The translations under genes and the position numbers were made by a program. The notes under the pieces were generated by a model. It did no database searches and was not told where the DNA came from. It worked only from the letters and a program-made list of their open reading frames with translations. Shown here piece after piece: positions 15,401 to 27,600 of a stretch of 64,000 bases of DNA. The stretch spans positions 2,418,001 to 2,482,000 of the forward strand of contig JAYWIR010000027.1 in assembly GCA_036172245.1 (NCBI GenBank), given 5' to 3'. Origin of the DNA: Raillietiella orientalis (Eukaryota). Every line of letters begins with the position of its first letter. Positions within the stretch are counted from its first letter, which is position 1.

Positions 15401-16244
15401 ATACATTTATCTTTAATGAATTCTGCAATATACATATATGTTTCTTCTTTAAACTGGCAAAACAAATGAAATATTTTCTTTTCATGTGAAATCAATACAC
15501 TTATTGTTCCTAGTTAAGATATCTTAAATATCTTTCAGGAAAAAAATTTCAGGATATTTCTCTACTTCTAAATTTCAAATTTAATAATTGAATGCACTCA
15601 CATATTTTCTTCAATTTTTTGAATTATTGCCAAATCTACTGAGTAGAGTATTGGTGGCACCGAAGCAACATTATTCTACAAAGCAAAAAATATACACTTG
15701 TACACACTAAAATCCATACATACTAAAACTTTAAAACATTCTAATGTTAATGAATAATAGATGACAATTGCACAATCGCGACTAAATGATGCAGCAATAT
15801 AATTTTTTTGAAAAAACTGGGCTACACTCAGTGCATGTACAAATGATTTTCAAGATTCTTTGATTACTCTTATTAAAGGCCACAATATGCATGGCACCTC
15901 CAAAGCAAATTCATGATTAACAATCGCTTTTTATAATCATGTAAGCAAAGTTCTGAAATTACGTAAGAAATTCGGCATATGAGAATTTACACATATGAGA
16001 ATTTTCGTACCTTTGGTTGTTTCATGTTTTCTTTTTTCTTCTGCTCGTTTGAACCTTGCTTAACTCCATTCGTGCCGCTGTATTGTGAATTTGTACTTGT
16101 ATTTCGTAAATTCGAGAGTGTCAATTGTGTATCAACAAATCTCTTCATTATCTTCAGAACAGTCAAACACTGATCTTCTTTAACAATCCCTTGCTTGGAA
16201 AACTCGTGTTCTGAGTTTTCATCATTGTCTTGGCTAATCTCCAT
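1411..16244 (-). CDS. FAM193A: FAM193A-like protein, multi-exon gene (>=15 coding exons)
   Basis: Hand-spliced GT-AG exons (minus strand): 16244-16011 (ATG with in-frame stops upstream), 15675-15602, 15133-14985 (LSESGPYFLYVYLEKKIQEFIMKLKLNIL, like FAM193A RLCERDPYQLYQRLEQQAREYVLEMKVRLL), 14848-14661, 13629-12794, 10001-9687, 7405-7270, 6196-6045 (WCCYCDIF, like CDCCYCEFF), ~5714-5412 (SKKYPEARERLRHLLTKK...KAAKRARQKQKK), 4789-4378, 4164-3789, 3652-3447, 3301-3071, 2513-2450 (DAFEKELEDFKR), 1513-1411 (FCFSSTVMERREKVNVNVQDI...stop), the last two forming the FAM193 C-terminal domain. Further small exons between ~7.7 and 11.7 kb are likely but were not fixed exactly. Confidence 0.85.
5082..5120. 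repeat. (CAG)13 microsatellite in a FAM193A intron
   Basis: 13 perfect CAG units inside intron 4790-5411. Confidence 0.95.
5921..5943. repeat. (TG)n microsatellite, intronic
   Basis: Perfect TG run read directly. Confidence 0.95.
6546..6580. repeat. (TG)17 microsatellite, intronic
   Basis: Perfect TG run read directly. Confidence 0.95.
6920..6961. repeat. Compound (GGA)7(GGT)7 microsatellite, intronic
   Basis: Read directly. Confidence 0.9.
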
Positions 16245-19200
16245 AATTGCAAACTACTAACTCTCGGATAAATTTACTCTTCTTACTGATTTTTACCATA
16301 TTTAACTTTCACGATTTTCCGCTACATTATCATTAGTCTTTTTCGTTACAAAACTGATTGAAGAAATGTGAATCAGAGAATTAATTTTACAAACTAATAT
16401 AATGACCGTTTATGTAATATCTTCATGGTTTGTTGGTGATAGTAATTATCACTGAAATACCTGTAAAAACATAAGCAACAAAACCTGTGAATCATTAAAC
16501 TATTTCTGGATCAAAATTATCTCTATCGAAAAAAAGATGAAAATTCTCAAACTTACATCCCAGAGAAATATGCTTACTTTTCTGTATCTAATGAAATGCG
16601 TTTGTTAAATCGGGTAATATCGAATTCACATTAACGAGTGCTCATATTACAAATTCACTCATAAGAAAAGTTTAACAATGAAGATACACAAATACTATAC
16701 AAACCCTTTGCGTAAAACTAAATGTCTGCAGGTTTACCAGAACTTATTCACATGGAATGTGTTTCTCCGATCCAGAGAACGTAAATCACCTCAATACAGT
16801 TGCATATTTAATTTCACGTTTGATGTGAAACAGTGCTCAATCCAAATGATAAATTCAACGACGAAAGTATCATCAACTGTAGTCATCCTCTGATTTCACT
16901 GTTTAAAGATTCTTCCAGCAAAATAAAAACCATAATTTCCATTTCTATATTTCAACTATCCTGGAAATCACTGAGAGGAAAATTTTTTTAGAATGTTGTT
17001 TCCCTCAAAAGTGATACTTATTTTTGAAAAATTCACAGAAATGACCAACATGTTTTATCTTTGAAGAACTGCTTCTTTCTCCAAAATACTCAATATTAGA
17101 AAAAAATAAAGGTTCAAGAATAATTGTGATGGAATCTGATATATTATAAGATTGGTGACCCATTTAGGAGAATCCAAATGTAGATGCAAGCTTGACAGTT
17201 ATTAGAACTTGTTTTAAATGTGGCAATCCAAATTAGGCTGTTAAATCATTTGAAAATTAATGAGTGAAAAAATCCATGTCATTACTGGATTAATTTGATA
17301 TTTGCATCGGTGGCCATATTAGCTCATATGCTATGAGGACTTAAGCACAGACTTATGAACTCGAAAAGCTTCTATCGAGGCTATTCTTTGTAAAAAAAAA
17401 AAAAAAAAAAGTGTAAACAATTGTATAAGTATGCTTCATTCTTCTGACTGTTTCTCACAGTTCTGAATACAGCCGTCAATCATAGAATCTAACACTCGGT
17501 CGAATTAGAAAAACCTACACTTCAGTTCCTGCTGAAAACAGAATTGGTTGCAAGAATCTCTGAAATTCCTCTGTTGCAAGTCGTTGATTCAAGTTATTCA
17601 TCATCTAGAATATTTGGCTGTTGCAATCATGATCTCAACCGAGCATGAGCTTGCCCGTAAGCACTGTGTACGAAACAGAGGCTTTCTTAAGAGAGCCGGT
17701 ACAATCCTACTTATTCATTTTTATAGGTGCATTCATGTTCACTCACTCACTATTAATTTCAATAACTGAACGTGTAATTTTCATTTTTGAAAATGGTATT
17801 ACCGATATAAATTCAAGTGGGAGAGAGAATTTTATTTCTTCAAATGTGCACTCCAAATGATTTTCAAACTTATTTTGAGTTCAAGTTCTTTCTAAGTTTA
17901 TAGTACATATGTAAAGTGAAAGATGGAATGATCCGCTTCCTGTAAAAAAAAAGTATGCAGTGAACAGTGAAGTATTTGTGATTGGTCATATTGTCAAAGA
18001 TGTTTGATGACTTAAAACCACACACTAAGGTTTATCAAAGTCTGCTCTTAGAAACAATCCAGAAAAATAAGTGCGTACAAAATAACACTGAATATGTGTT
18101 AAGTATGAAACTAAAAAAACTAAAATTCATACTATGAAATGCTTTCTTCTCTTTTCCCTCTTCCGGGCCATTGTAGCGAGGGTGAGGAACAGGAATCTTG
18201 AAAATGCAAGATCAAACTGGCCAGAGCATTAAGATTCGAGTGCAATGGTGTCGTACTTTTGCATTCAGGACGTAGATAAATCTGTAATGTGTGCTACATA
18301 GAATACATCTCGCTTATGCCAGTTATGATTAAAAATCATCTCTCCATCCAACAAAAAACATCGATTGAAATGTCAGTGAACAGTAAATCGAGAATTCCAA
18401 TGTAGTTTGTAGCTATTTCTAGAAATAAAGTAGAATTACTATCCATAGAAGGTACAAAGACAAACCATGTTAGGAATAAATTGCTAAGGAAAGAATTAAA
18501 TATTCCTGGTGTGGTTTCCGTTTACAGGATTAGCATTTGATCTACCTTCCAATAACTTTACTGAACGACTGATCATTTAACGTAACTGTGACTGACTATA
18601 TTTTTGCAGAAAAGAAATCCTCTTTACTATCGGTGCGCGTTTCTTGGAACCTTCTTAGCAGCTTCAGTTCACAAGCGAGCGATCATCGTGGATAATAGCA
18701 CTTTGTTGGGTTATGCCAAACGGCACCGTGTAAAACGATTGTGCTCGATTCATTCTACAAATCCTGCCAAGTCAAGTACCCCTGTTTCTAAATGTTATGA
18801 GCACAGAATGTACTCCTAGCATTCGGTTGCATATGATTCAAGTGACGTGGAAAGTCTCACGTGGGACAGCGTGTAATCCACGATTAAGAAATATTTGAAA
18901 ATTCACTTTCAGTTGCCTCGGTTGCATTCTTGGAGAATCCCGCGTGCTGATGAACTTGCATCATCAGCTATATTCTGCTCAACTGCTACTCTTATCTGTT
19001 ACCATAACAAAAAAATCCTTGTTTAAGAGATAAGTTATTTTAAGCGTAAACCGCTTTTTTGCAACTTTCTTCGCAACTCTGTGAAGAATATATTTCTTAA
19101 TGAATATGCCCGCTGTTTGGAACTTGTCCAGTTCTGTCAATGGTTATGAAATTCCCATTTCTGCATATTGCTTTGTTGACTATACAAACTCATACAGTTG

Positions 19201-20116
19201 TTCTCTTGCACGGTTTAGAAACTCATTCATAGCTAATGCTCAAGCAAGCACGTCCTTCATATGTATGTGAAAAGTCCGCGTAAAGTTGGGATTTCCCAAG
19301 TACCTCCAGCGAAAAAGCAGCTTAATGGAAAGAGCATTCTGAGCTCAAGCTACAATGCAACTGCAAAACAACGAAAACCTGGATCTTTTATAAAATTATT
19401 CGCACAGTAGGTATAGAGGCCCATTTGTAAATAAAGTCATCCTCTAAAACTTTTTCCCAACACGGAACGATTGCGCGAAGACGGCTACGCAACTTAACGA
19501 CGGAACTCGGTTCACTTCAGCTAGTTGTCTCAGGGTTATCCCTGGTACTTGCTACCAATCTCTGAAGATAAGGATAAAATCAAACTTAATTGCATCTGGT
19601 GCAAGGATATATTTCTAAAGAATAAAAAATGTGCTCTGTTTCGGCAGCAAGCTACGCTTATCCCTCTTGATTCGTTTAGTTTCTCTTAAACAGAACCTTG
19701 AATGAGGAGTTTCAGACGGAATCAGTTTCAGATTCCTTAATAAAAATGCTGGAAGAAGCCTTAAGGACGCATGTCAAAAAGCGTGCACGAGGATATGCTT
19801 GAAGATCGGGATCTTCATCTTAAAACTTCACACTTGAATGGTTTCAAGAGATGCCGCATTATTCTAGTGTTTAAATCAGTATTACCTTACCATTAAAGGA
19901 AAAATTACCAGAAAACCAGAATTAAAGGATGTCCAAGAAACTGAATGATCTGAAATACGTGAAGCAAAAGGAAATATTTGCAGCAATTCTCGGTCAATAT
20001 GCACTTAATCTAAGCTTGAAAAGTCGATCGCAAACCAGACAAAACAACAAGAAACGTTTAAATAAAAAGAACGCCAATCTGCACATTTTTGACTTTTTTA
20101 AAGCAAAAATTCCAAG

Positions 20117-20209
20117 ATTGACGCCTTTAAAGAAAGCTACTGCTTTCTTTAAATTCATTATTGACGCCTTTAAAGAAAGCTACTGCTTTCTTTAAAGGCG
20201 TCAATAATG
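20117..20209. repeat. Perfect 25-bp inverted repeat (4-nt loop) preceded by a 37-nt direct duplicate
   Basis: CATTATTGACGCCTTTAAAGAAAGC (20156-20180), loop TACT, GCTTTCTTTAAAGGCGTCAATAATG (20185-20209). 20117-20153 is an exact copy of 20160-20196. Confidence 0.95.
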
Positions 20210-20700
20210 TCGTCATTGATTTTCGGATTAATTTCATCAGAATGAAACTCAAGAGAAGATACTGACCAAAATGAAATACAACAATGCTTTAAGAATACGA
20301 AGAACATAAAGATCATTTCTACTGCAACATATACAGTTTATGATGTACAGTTTTATTAGCACATACCAGAAAGGACTGTTCATGAAAACTTATAGGTAAC
20401 AGAGAATCTTCAAAGCATTTTTCTGCAATATGCACTGGACAGCTTGTAATGAAGCATTTAAAGTTACGGAAATACAAAGACGAATCAAGAACATTTTCCA
20501 AGCTGATTCATAGTTTGAGATTGCACTATTTAGAGAGAAAGCACAATTAATAGAATATCGATATTCACGATGTCTTTATTCTGAGGTCTGCATCTTCATG
20601 AAGTCTATATTCATGGTTTTTGCATTTTCACCAGTTGTATGAAGAGTCCTCATTTTCCTAACTTTTCAAGTTCACTACTGATGAAGGTTCAGCAGTAAAT

Positions 20701-21224
20701 TCAATTTCTGATGAATGTTCTTCCACTAAATAGAAAAAACAATTAGTTTGCAAAGTACATATTGTTGGAAAAATGGATAATCTTTTTCATTCGGTAAACC
20801 ACAAGGCACTACATGGAAAACATTGCATTCTGTATGGCAACTTTGCTTTTTAAAATTCCAGTTGACAAAGATTACCTGATAGTTTTCTTTTCTACATATT
20901 TTGGCTCTGGTTTTGCTCTATTGAGTATCTTAAGGAACTGATTAGTTTTGAATCTTATCCTTTCATTGAGTGAGACCTTCAGGCACTTAATGTGATAGTG
21001 AAGATAATGTCGAAACATCTGTATCAGATTAATAGTGTTTTCTCTATTTGGTTTGCTAAGATGTCTTGGAAACAGAACTGAAATTCGAAAAGAACATGAA
21101 TTAATAAAATTAGACCAGAAAAATTAACATATTGCTAACATCCATCCCAGTAATTTCGACAACTGTTTCCACTGATCTATGTACCATCAATATCACCCAT
21201 CCAATAGTTACAAATGATACTATG

Positions 21225-21272
<48 letters not shown>

Positions 21273-24200
21273 ACCAAAAGTTATGTAGATGGTATTTGAA
21301 ACATTTGGTGGTAAGTTGTAACTTTGAAGTTCCAATGGAGGATTCTTATCAGTGAACAGAACCTAATGGGTACACACAATTAGCACAAAGCCAACATAAA
21401 CATAGAACAATAAACAATTATGTACTGCATGCTGGATCAACCAATGTGGCAACAACTAAATTTGTTTTCAAATCCGACATCGAAAACGAATATTTCGAGA
21501 AATATGATGACTTTTCAAATGAAAGCAGCACACTTTTACTTGAACTCATTCTCATGCCTCATTGCAAACATGATTTACTAAAATCTAATTGAAATACCCT
21601 AACATTTTCATGCAACAATTACTAAACGAACTGTTCTGTTAATTTGATCCATGCAACCTTTCCTTCAAGATTATACCTAACTTACACTTATATCACATGA
21701 GTTCAGGCAATCATCATCTCATATACTGCTTTGAAACTTCCTACTGTTCTTTTCTTATGATGTAAAATTCTTTCTTTAAATTGTTAAGTTACATTTGGAA
21801 AGAAAAAAATAAATAAAAAAACTTGTTTTGTCATTAACTTTTACACAACTTGGTTTCCTGATCCTTCCAACTATATCTACAAAGCCATATACAACTTTTC
21901 ATTGTTGCCACAAAACTCAAGTACTACTACTAAGCATTTCTTGAGTCAACACCTGATCTTCCAAATAGCATTCTGCCAAACATGGCTGACTTTACATTTC
22001 TATCTTTCAGCAAAGTATTAGTTCCTTTCAGTTCCTGAGAACCAGACATCAGCTCACCACACAGTCCCTTAAGATTTCATAAAAATGTTGGATTGAGATT
22101 TGCACTTGTTCACTAAGTTAATACTCTAATGCTACACTTGAAACACATGTTCTTTGACATTTCTGTGTTCTAAGGCATTTTCTTCCTTTGAGAATAAGAC
22201 AAAAGTTTAGATAATGCAATCCAAGTTCAGGAAAATTCTTTTTACAGAAAACCTGCATGTGCTTGAAATAAGTTCCACAAATCTCGATCTTTAGATTTTC
22301 ACAAATTTTCCTTTAGCATGGAGTATTTGTCGGAAGTTGTCATATAAATCTCAACTCTGGATTTGATCAGTATTTAACTCAGTATTAACGTTTTTACTTC
22401 TCCTAAATGACTTGAATTACCACTACACTTACCGCTCTCCTCAAATTAAACAATAAATCATGACCCTGGTCATTTTCCATAAGCTTATGTCATCAGAAAA
22501 TTCCTGTCTGTTATAAACCTCCATTTTTGCAAGCTAAGTTTGGAGCTCGATCACATGAGTTTGTGCAACACTATAAAGGGCTTCATGCTTAATCAAGCAG
22601 ACTGATACATCCTGCTCCATAACAATCAATAAAACATATTAAGCAATCAGTTCAGACAATACATTCTCAATTATCCATGTGAACTTCTACAAATAAACCT
22701 CATCGCATTGAAGTAATTTTTCAAAATAATAAATTGATTTTAGTGCTTTACTCTTTGGTCACTACTGAATGATGTTTTTTTTAATCCACATGTGTAACGA
22801 ACGACCTGAATTAGGAAAATTTGACATTTGTTGATCATGTTTGCATGTCCATCTTGTTGAAGTTGTGACAACTATGCTTTTGAGTGGTCTCTTGGACAGT
22901 TACTTCATGACAAAAGCACTGGACTAAGTTTGAATCGATGCAATCACTGCGATGTTTGATGTCCAAAATACTCCATGAAATTTTCTATTTCATTTCGTTC
23001 AGACCATTTTCAGAGGATTCACCTACACATACTTTACTTTTCATACCAAGAATTTCAATGTCTTCACACAAAGAATCAACCAAGGCTGATCAATCTCCAA
23101 ACTATGTTTTTCTTTTTTTGATTGGCATGTTATTTTCAGATGATTCTTTTATAAGTATCTAGTTTTTTCCATTTTGTTCACTTAAAATGGATTGCATTTC
23201 ACTTGTTTTTCACATCAGTCATTTAAAGCTTTTTGATGATGCTCTTCAAATAACATCATAATCAGACATGAGTATCACAAGTCTTTTGTAAAAACAACTC
23301 AAACATTTGCAGTGATATGCAAAGCATTGTAACTGCCATACATATTTCACCAATAAATACCATTTACCTGAGGTGCTGTTTGATTAACACGGCGACTTTC
23401 CTTAAATTCTTTCAAAATAGCCTTTCCAAATATAAAATCGGTTTCATTTTGGAAATGGGTACTAAAGACTATTGTCACTCTATCACTTTTTGCTTCTATG
23501 TAGCTGAAAAAACGTATTTTGAAAAAGTGCACTGGAAATATAATTTTGGACATTACATGGCTTCATCCTTTCTGTAGTGAATGACAGCTTTAGCAGTGTT
23601 TCCAATTCCATTCTCTTGATAGTCAAAAAACTTGTTCAAGATGGCTGCATAGCAATTTCTTCTTAGAATACCAATTTTTTTCACCAATTCTTCCCAATTG
23701 CTTGGAATGCTTCCTAAATCTATAAGCAATGAAATGTTGTAACCTACGGAATTCAATGAAATTGATTATGTATCGTCAAACTTCAGTGGTAATTTCATCT
23801 TGCATGCATCATCAAAGTGCACACATTCTCGATGAAGCTTTGTGGCAATCCCACAAATTGTCATTGAATGAAATCATACTCCATCAGGATCTTTGATATG
23901 GGATGATTAACACAGATTGTGATTAAAGTTCAGCTTGCACATCCCTTGAAAAACAGTCATAACAACAATTTACTTAAATTCTAACAATTCAGAGTATTTT
24001 CTCATAGCTCTTTCATTAGATACAGAAAATGGAAGCCAGAGATTCTAAACATCAAATAAAGTCCCAAGCATACCATCAACAAATGCAAAATCCAGGGATT
24101 GATAATGAATGCAACTGGTAATCAGATGAGTTATGCATAGATTTACACAGATATCTCTATATTAAGAATACATAACATGGATCTAAATGCAGTGTGTCCT

Positions 24201-24688
24201 GCTAATTAAAACAACTCTCATTGGAAAACAGAAAATTAAATTGAAACCTTTCTCAGCAGGAATCAGAAATTCACCATATTCTTCTTTCAAGAAGTCATCA
24301 GCACTGTGGGCTTCTAATTCATCGTAAAATTTCACAGCAAGACTAACCTAATGTAAAACAAATTGTAAGTAATTTCATCAGTTTCAGTGTCGATCCTAAA
24401 CATGCACAAACTGAACTATGTACTTATTCAGGCAATCAAAAGCAAAACTTTATTAAAAATGACAAACTCAAATTACCATCATTTTCATTTTATCCCCATT
24501 TAAATTGGAGACATGATAAGAGCTATCAAAATCAAGCAGCCGAACATCAACAGCTTCCGGCTTACCTCTAGGAAAAATAAAACAAAATTATGACTCACAA
24601 CATGCACTACATACCCATTGAGGGAATGCTTGATTTTGGCAATCAAGATTTCTTCCAAACCACTATTGTTAATTGGTAAAAGAATCAT
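20701..24688 (-). CDS. ARPC2: Actin-related protein 2/3 complex subunit 2 (p34-Arc), 8 exons, 300 aa, divergent copy
   Basis: Exons 24688-24615, 24567-24477, 24347-24248, 23743-23557, 23503-23368, 21362-21275, 21077-20876, 20725-20701. All introns are GT-AG with compatible phases; total 903 nt. Protein: [51 protein letters not shown]...[10 protein letters not shown]...[17 protein letters not shown]...[16 protein letters not shown]...YITFVLFPRH...[19 protein letters not shown]...[28 protein letters not shown], colinear with ARPC2 over its full length. Confidence 0.96.
21225..21267. repeat. A43 homopolymer (U43 on the sense strand) just after the 5' splice site of ARPC2 intron 6
   Basis: Read directly; the donor GT is at 21274-21273 on the minus strand. 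Confidence 0.9.
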
Positions 24689-27600
24689 TGCGAACAATGT
24701 TGATATTGGAAACACTTATTCTTATATGGAAAACACATCACCTACTTTATTCCTGATAAAAAGATTCACTTGTTTACTTAACTGACTTCATGCAGTCCCA
24801 AAGCATGCATGCAAGTGTAGAAATATCCTCCCCCCATCTAATGATTCTGCTCTTACTGTTTCCCATTCACATAATTACAATTATACTTGTCACACTTTCA
24901 GACAGTAAGTTCATGCTTAAAAACCACACCCTACTTAAAAACAGCATTGCTTATAAACCTATTCGACTCTGTAAGATGAAATTTTGTAACCAACAGTGTG
25001 ATTCTGACTGGACAGCATTGATGTAATGGGCATAATATATCCTAAAGTCACACCTCTAGCATACGATACTTGACTGTGAGTTTCAGAAAAATAGAACGTA
25101 AGGAACCCTCGAAAAATGGGACAAAGCATCTCCTTCTGACTGAGAGTTCAAATACTGATGGAATCTAAAAATAATGCCACTTTGTATGACTGGCAAACAA
25201 ATGCACAATACAGTCTTAAAACATTGCATGAAGCAAAAATTAACTATCAGAGGATCATTAATTTTCATTAAAACTCTAACTCAAAATCATATTCGTACTT
25301 TGAGCTTTTTCTAATGTTTATAAGCAAGGCTGATTCTGGAATGTGCATTTCTCACTGAAAACAGGCTGCTAAGTAACCGTCATCACCCATCATTGGAGCG
25401 AAAAAGGGAGAATCTAGTTTTTAACGCCCATCCATAACTCCAGAAGCAATTTTACTGCTACCACGGCTGTACACACATTAATTTCATCAATAGTTTGTAC
25501 TGTCAACTGTTACAATGAATTTCCCTACAGATCTTTTCAAAATCTCAAATCCCTCATGCCTCTTCGCGAGGCGTTCACGTAAGACCCAAATGCACTGAAG
25601 TAGGTGTATATTTACATTTTGATCCTGCATTTTGTTAGGAGTGAATAAAACACAGCTAATGCATAATGTTTCGATTTTAAGTATATCGGACCAACAAAAC
25701 TACTACCAGCTCTCACGACCACATAAACATTTGGATTTTTGAAGTTCCCAACAAGTGTTCGACATTCGAGCAGCGCCCACTGCTATCGAAAAACAATCAT
25801 GGAAACATGTCGAAAAAATCTTTTTCTAGGTCTTGGCTTAAGGTCATTTCTTCCAAAGTTTCTATTCTGAAATGACAATACGCCTACATTAGCACCACCT
25901 TCCAATTAGGAAAAGAACAAAACAAATACTGAATGGTTGATTAGTGCGAAGTGGAGAAAAAACTACTTTCGTAGCTTAACCTTATCCATTTCTAGAAACC
26001 ACTTGTATGTAATGCTGGAACTGGTGTACGTAATAGCTCTTTCACTTCTATTAAGCATGCGAACAATTACAGCAAGTTCGACCAATATAAATATTCCGAG
26101 AATTAAGTGGCTTGCTGTACAGCATGCAGTTCCGGCAAGGAACGGGCAGGGGTGGGGCAAAGAACGAAGAAAACATCGTTCCTGTGTTTGAATCTTACGT
26201 TAATGCTCATTTCAAGAAGTTTATTCTGAGCTTGCCAGAGAGCAGCCGTTCCAGATTCACGGAAGCACTTGCAAGCACGGCACCATTTTTGTTTCGACAA
26301 GAACGATCTATACCAGCATGGAAAAATTCGGTTGGAATCAGGGATGGATACGGCATAGAATGGATACAATTTGCCTATCACATTGGAAACTTAAAAAATG
26401 AATTTCGAATGATTTGAAAGTTTCCTTCTTGGCCTGAATTATCACTGTCCTCATCCACGGTTCGGAGCTTGCAAGCTCACTCGTGTCCGGTCTAACGTGG
26501 GAAACTTTTCATTTTCTGCTCCTGAAGACGACAAACTTTTTTGTTCCACGTGACCTACACAAATCCCCGCGGCACCACACTGCCGTTGTTCATGACGAAT
26601 CTGAGAAAAGCACACCGAAAATGCTCATGAAGATACCGAAATTTTGGACGTTCATTGCTCGCACACCTCCCTCAACGGTTTCACCGTCCGTGGTTTCACA
26701 TTTCATAAGTACATGGAATAATTTCATTTACGTGTCATGCAGTCTCCTGTTCCTCCTATCCTGTGAAACAAAAAGCGTACAAACAAAGGGAAAGCAGACT
26801 ACTGGCCCGTAGAGCGTTTTATCAGTGAAAAACGAAAGCATACAGTTACCTTCTCGAGAACTACTATCACTTGAACTTCCGTTCTGAATACTGCAAGAAC
26901 CAAAAGCTTTGCAAGAAGGGGAAAAAAATGGCTCGAAAACATTTTCAGAACTACGAAGTGAGTGCGCCGATTTGAGCTTGGGGAACACGTGTAATCAATG
27001 TAAATACAAAGAAGGAAGTCTTCAGCACAGGGAAGAAGTCTTCGGATTGCACACCGGGGAAAAGCAAGCGGGAAGAAAAGATATGTGAGGCTTGAGCAAG
27101 GGCCAAACGCTAATTACTAAAAATTTTTTAATCGAACTCCCTCAGCACGTACTGCCTGGACTCTTCCAAAATACAAGGTCTGAAGAGTCCAAATAGAAAT
27201 TGATGACAGAATCCCCCTTACGGTATATTTTTAATACAGGCAAGGGGTTCCCGGAGTGTGTTGCATAGCCAGGTTCAAACAAAAAATGCATAATCAGAAA
27301 ATAGAGGGTGACTGGTACAAGCCCGGTGGGCACTTGAGAAATAGTACGTGACTGTTCTGAATCGGCGTTGCACAATCCAGATAAAGGAATGGGATGCAGT
27401 GCAATTCCATGATCCTGCTTATCCACAAAATGCAGCAATGGAATACGTATTTCTAGAGAACGCAGCTTAGTTGCCCGTTTTTGTGGCTTCAAAAGCCAAC
27501 CTTCTTCCAGCTGCTCTCTTATGCTTGGGTCATAAAAAAGCTTCCCTGATGTAAATAAGATTAATCAGCTTCTGCATCAAAAGCCAAAGTAAAAAGGGAA

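Noticed and set aside
18946..18968. CTGATGA-containing hairpin as a hammerhead ribozyme or snoRNA
   Set aside because: Only an 8-bp stem, lacking the GAAA core and remaining stems or paired C/D boxes.
19631..19649. Similarity to the 5' end of U6 snRNA (GTGCTCTGTTTCGGCAGCA)
   Set aside because: The match stops after ~19 nt, with no ACAGAGA box or downstream U6 sequence.
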